Assembly: GCA_963841915.1 (NCBI GenBank)
Contig: CAWJEN010000006.1
Span: 864,001 to 928,000, forward strand
Origin: an uncultured Planctomycetota bacterium
Lineage (GTDB): Bacteria > Planctomycetota > Phycisphaerae > Tepidisphaerales > Tepidisphaeraceae
Direction: 5' to 3'
DNA: 64,000 nucleotides
Position 1 is the stretch's first letter. Every line of letters starts with the position of its first letter. Both the position numbers and the translations under genes were made by a program. Below, in pieces: positions 60,075 to 64,000 of the stretch. The notes beneath the pieces are model-generated. The model had not been told where the DNA came from, did no database searches, and was given only the letters and a program-made list of their open reading frames with translations.

Positions 60075-61364
60075 ATGACGCTTGTTGACTCTGTCGAAGA
60101 CACCGCCGAAGTCGATCCCGGCCTTGATGTTCTATACGACGCCGACCCCGACATCGCCCGCCTCATCGAGCGGGAAGGCGATCGTCAGGCCTCGACGCTG
60201 GAGATGATTGCCAGCGAGAATCACGTCTCGGCAGCGGTCCGGGCGGCGCAGGGCAGTGTGCTGACAAACAAGTACGCCGAGGGCTATCCCGCCGCCCGGT
60301 ACTACAACGGCTGCGGAATCTACGACGAGGTCGAGCAGCTCGCCATCGACCGCGCCTGCCGCCTGTTCAACTGCGAACACGCCAACGTGCAGCCGCACAG
60401 TGGTGCCAACGCCAACCTCGGCGTCATGCTCGGCCTTTTCAAGCCCGGCGACACGTTCCTGAGCATCAACCTCGCCAGCGGCGGGCACCTGTCGCACGGC
60501 ATGAAGCTCAACGTCTCGGCCAAGATGTTCAATCCCGTCCACTACGAGCTCGACGACAACGAACGCATCGACTTCGACGACGTGCTGGCTAAGGCCAAGG
60601 AACACAAGCCGGCGTTCATCATGTGCGGCTACTCGGCGTACGCGCGGACGATCGACTTTGCCAAGTTCCGCGACATTGCTGACGAGGTCGGGGCCGTTCT
60701 GTGGGCGGATGTGGCGCACATTGCGGGCCTCATTGCTGGTGGCGTGCACCCGTCGCCGTTCCCGCACTGTGACGTCGTGACCACGACCACGCACAAGACG
60801 CTTCGCGGCCCCCGCGGCGGCCTGATCCTGTGCAACGACGACGAGGTGCTCAAGAAGGTCAACCGCGGCATCTTCCCTGGCAGTCAAGGTGGGCCGCTCA
60901 TGCACGTCGTCGCCGCCAAGGCCGTCGCGTTCGGCGAGGCGTTGCAGCCGTCGTTCAAGGACTACGCGGCTCAGGTCGTCAAGAACGCCCAGGCGCTGGC
61001 CGAGGCGATGCAAGCCAAGGGCTACCGCCTCGTCGGCGGTGGCACGGACACGCACCTCATTCTCGTCGACCTGCGTGACCGCGACGCGGAGCTCACCGGC
61101 CGCGACGCCGCAGACGCGCTCGAGGCGGCGGGCATCATTTCGAACATGAACGGCGTCCCCAACGACCCGCGCCCGCCTCGCCTGACCAGCGGCATTCGAC
61201 TCGGTACTGCAGCTTTGACGACGCGTGGCCTGAAGGAAGACGATTTGAGAACGGTCGTCGACTTCATTGATGACGCCATGTCGAAGCGCGCCGACCCGGC
61301 AGCGCTTGCGAGCATCAAAGAAGATGTGGCAGAGTTTGCCAGCCGCTTCCCGATGCCGCACTGA
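60075..61364 (+). CDS. glyA: Serine hydroxymethyltransferase
   Basis: LEMIASEN, NKYAEGYP, GGHLSHG, TTTHKTLRGPRGG. Confidence 0.97.
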   Translation: MTLVDSVEDTAEVDPGLDVLYDADPDIARLIEREGDRQASTLEMIASENHVSAAVRAAQGSVLTNKYAEGYPAARYYNGCGIYDEVEQLAIDRACRLFNCEHANVQPHSGANANLGVMLGLFKPGDTFLSINLASGGHLSHGMKLNVSAKMFNPVHYELDDNERIDFDDVLAKAKEHKPAFIMCGYSAYARTIDFAKFRDIADEVGAVLWADVAHIAGLIAGGVHPSPFPHCDVVTTTTHKTLRGPRGGLILCNDDEVLKKVNRGIFPGSQGGPLMHVVAAKAVAFGEALQPSFKDYAAQVVKNAQALAEAMQAKGYRLVGGGTDTHLILVDLRDRDAELTGRDAADALEAAGIISNMNGVPNDPRPPRLTSGIRLGTAALTTRGLKEDDLRTVVDFIDDAMSKRADPAALASIKEDVAEFASRFPMPH

Positions 61365-61379
61365 GACGGCTGGTAGCGA

Positions 61380-62012
61380 CTACCGATCCGGCAACGTCTT
61401 CTCAATGACGCGGCTAATCACGTCGTAATCGAAGCCACGCCTCTGCAGAAACCCGCTGAGCCGCCTTACCGCGGCAGGGTGGTCGAGGCGTTGAAGGCTG
61501 ACCTGCTTCTTTGCAGCCAAGGCCATCGCAGCCTCCAGCGGGTCGATGTCGGCGTACGCCTCCTCGGCGGCGGATTCGGCAGTCGACCGGTCGACGCCTT
61601 TGGCGACCAGTTCCTGCACCGCACGGCGTTTGCCGTGGCCCTTCAGCTTGGCAGCGTCCGACGCTTTGCCGGCGGCGAACTTTTCGTCGTCGACGTACCC
61701 GAGACGGCGGCACTCGGCCACGACCGCATCAATGACCTTGGGCCCGTACTCCTTACGGCCGAGCTTGATCCGCAACTCCCGCTCGCCCTGCATCCGCTGG
61801 CCCAGCAGCCGAAGCGCGTGGTCAAATGCCTCTTGCTTCACCTCACCGGCCTCGATCTCACTGCGCAGCTTGTCGTCGATGACCATGCCTTGGCGGAGGC
61901 GGAAGCGAGCGACGACATTCGTGTTCACGCCGAACGCGAACTCGCCGTCGATGTAGACGCTTCGCCGATTCTCGCGGCGTCGCTGGGGCTTGATGTCGGT
62001 GACGGTGGCGAT
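61380..62012 (-). CDS. recX: Regulatory protein RecX
   Basis: GYVDDEKFA, FLQRRGF; start uncertain (ATC at 62012 or GTG at 62105). Confidence 0.85.
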   Translation of the reverse strand: MATVTDIKPQRRRENRRSVYIDGEFAFGVNTNVVARFRLRQGMVIDDKLRSEIEAGEVKQEAFDHALRLLGQRMQGERELRIKLGRKEYGPKVIDAVVAECRRLGYVDDEKFAAGKASDAAKLKGHGKRRAVQELVAKGVDRSTAESAAEEAYADIDPLEAAMALAAKKQVSLQRLDHPAAVRRLSGFLQRRGFDYDVISRVIEKTLPDR

Positions 62013-62149
62013 GACGGCAGGATACCGGGTTTGCTGTGGCGGTTCATCACGCAGATCCCGTAATCGGGGCCGCAGTGTCGGATCGACAAGTGCATGACGG
62101 AGCACTTCGAGTGTTGCTTATGCGTCGGCAGTGCGTGCTACAACGTGGT

Positions 62150-62994
62150 GTGGCCGACGTTGTAGAACTCCCTCTGCGAACATGTCCGATCTGCTGCGAC
62201 AACGGGAACTACAGGCCGCATCGCTTTCGACCGGTCCTTGGCTGCTAGGGACGTGTTCGACGTGCGGCATGATGTTTTTGCTGAACCCGCCGACGGATGA
62301 CGCGCTGGCGTCGGAGCTGGTATGGGAGAAGTCGATCGGCCACGAACGCGTCCGTCGCCGGAACGGCCGGCCGGTTAGGTACGCGATCAGCGACGCCAGC
62401 AAGTCATTTAAAAGGAGCATCCGGGGCAAAGGCACACGCCTGAAAGAGCGACGCCTCATCCATGCCTTTGTCGCACCTGGGCCGATCCTCGATTTGGGGT
62501 GCGGTGACGGCCGCACGGTGGTGGACCTGGGCGACTCGTTCGTGCCGTTCGGCGTCGAGATCAGCGAAGGACTCGCGGCCGAGGCACAGGCGGCGTTCGG
62601 GCGGCGTGGCGGACGGGTCGAGCGGTCACCCGCCTTTGAAGGACTGGCCACATTTGATGACAACATGTTCACCGGCGCCATCCTGCGGGCTTATCTGGAA
62701 CACGAGACCCGGCCGCTTCCGGTGCTGGAGCGGCTAATGACCAAGGTCCGCGTGGGCGGGCGCGTCATCATCAAGGTGCCCAACTTCGCGAGCTGGAATC
62801 GAGTTGCCTTTGGTCATCGCTGGTGCGGCATGCGGTTCCCCGACCACGTCAACTACTTCACACCCGCTACGTTTCGCCAGCTCGTCGAGAAGGCAGGCTT
62901 CGAGGTCGTTGCATTCGGCCTCCGGATGCGGCAACCGACCAGCGACAACATGTGGCTTGTCGCAGCACGACCTGTCGCTGCGCCCGTTCACTAA
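62150..62994 (+). CDS. Class I SAM-dependent methyltransferase with N-terminal Cys4 ribbon; frameshift near 62227
   Basis: LDLGCGDG, LEH, VPNF, PDHVNYFT; CPIC and CSTC lie in different frames. Confidence 0.8.
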
Positions 62995-63157
62995 GGCTTC
63001 GGCAGACAGTCGGCAGTGCCGCCACGAAGGGCATCACGCTCGGCGAGCTGGGCGATGCGGACCGTTCGCTCGACACGCGGTCGACGACGGGTCTGGATCG
63101 CTACTACCACTTCGCCGGCCCCGCGGGTTTGCGTTAGGCGGTCTACGCTCAGGCCAC

Positions 63158-64000
63158 ATGCCAGACAGCGAATCGTCGTTCGACCTCATCGTCATCGGTG
63201 CCGGCCCAGGCGGGTACGTCGCAGCCATTAAGGCGGCACAACTCGGGCTCAAGGTCGCCTGCGTCGAGGCCCAATACCTCGGCGGCACGTGCCTCAACGT
63301 CGGCTGCATCCCGTCGAAAGCCTTGCTCGATTCCAGCGAGCGGTACGCGAACATGACCGAACTTGCCAACCGCGGGATTAGCGTCGAGGGCGTCAAGCTC
63401 GACCTGTCGAAGATGATGGGGTTCAAAGACTCGGTTGTGAAGAAGATGACCGGCGGCATCGGCATGCTGTTCCGAAAGAACAAGATCACTCACCTCCAAG
63501 GCCACGGCAAGCTCGTCAAGGCCGATGCCGGACACGCCGTCGACGTCGCAGGCAAGACCTACACGGCCACGAACGTCATCATCGCCACAGGCTCAACGCC
63601 TGTGCAGATTCCTGGACTCGAATATGACGGCCAGCACATCCTCTCCAGTACCGAGGCCCTCGAGTTGGAGAAGGTCCCGGAGAAACTGCTCATCGTCGGT
63701 GGCGGGTACATCGGCGTCGAGATCGGAAGCGTCTGGTCGCGTCTCGGCAGCGAAGTCACCGTGGTCGAGTTTGCCGACCGCATCCTGCCCGTCAGCGACA
63801 AGGAGATGGCCAACGGCCTGCTCAAGAGCCTCAAGAAGTCAGGGCTGACGTTCCACTTCGAACACGTCGCTAAAAAGGCAGAGGTCAAGAACGGCAAGGT
63901 CGAGGTCACTGTCGAACCCAAGACAGGCGGCGAGGCCAAAGTCTTTATCGTCGATAAGGTCATGGTCGCCGTCGGCCGAAAGCCCAACACGGACAATCTC
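63158..64000 (+). CDS. lpdA: Dihydrolipoyl dehydrogenase (3' end outside window)
   Basis: Manual translation: IGAGPGGYVAAI, GGTCLNVGCIPSK, VGGGYIGVE. Confidence 0.95.
   Translation, partial: MPDSESSFDLIVIGAGPGGYVAAIKAAQLGLKVACVEAQYLGGTCLNVGCIPSKALLDSSERYANMTELANRGISVEGVKLDLSKMMGFKDSVVKKMTGGIGMLFRKNKITHLQGHGKLVKADAGHAVDVAGKTYTATNVIIATGSTPVQIPGLEYDGQHILSSTEALELEKVPEKLLIVGGGYIGVEIGSVWSRLGSEVTVVEFADRILPVSDKEMANGLLKSLKKSGLTFHFEHVAKKAEVKNGKVEVTVEPKTGGEAKVFIVDKVMVAVGRKPNTDNL

Noticed and set aside
62254..62269. parS-like TGTTCGACGTGCGGCA
   Set aside because: Four mismatches, and explained by the coding of CSTCG
62995..63137. Coding-like fragment (...KGITLGELGDADRSLDTRSTTGLDRYYHFAGPAGLR*)
   Set aside because: No credible start and no recognisable family; may be a gene remnant but cannot be supported

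Overview
GC-rich bacterial chromosomal segment, most likely a planctomycete (Phycisphaerae/Tepidisphaerales-like). This is inferred from DUF1570, DUF4058, a DUF1559-like prepilin, an LEGRRLL N-terminal motif, ATQP linkers and PEP-CTERM/exosortase genes. It is mostly core genome and probably origin-proximal: it carries five perfect and one near-perfect parS palindromes and a tRNA-Gln-glmU-prs-rplY-pth-rpsF-ssb-rplI-dnaB run. It also holds ffh, lysS, an mrp antiporter operon, ilvE, leuB, miaA, queG, type III glutamine synthetase, glyA, recX, lpdA, tRNA-Ser, an exosortase/EpsI/Wzc locus and three PEP-CTERM genes. I see no transposase, integrase, prophage or CRISPR array. The most unusual signals are non-coding or sub-genic: (1) two families of inverted tandem-repeat cassettes in the gaps of housekeeping operons; (2) a perfect 26-bp REP-like palindrome inserted in frame in lysS; (3) a TAnnnT box 5-9 nt before the start codon of at least 15 genes, implying widespread leaderless mRNAs; (4) a candidate small RNA after the glutamine synthetase gene; (5) an exosortase/EpsI pair that appears to lack conserved residues; (6) two single-base frameshifts that may be sequencing errors. 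All product calls come from motif recognition by eye; no searches were run.
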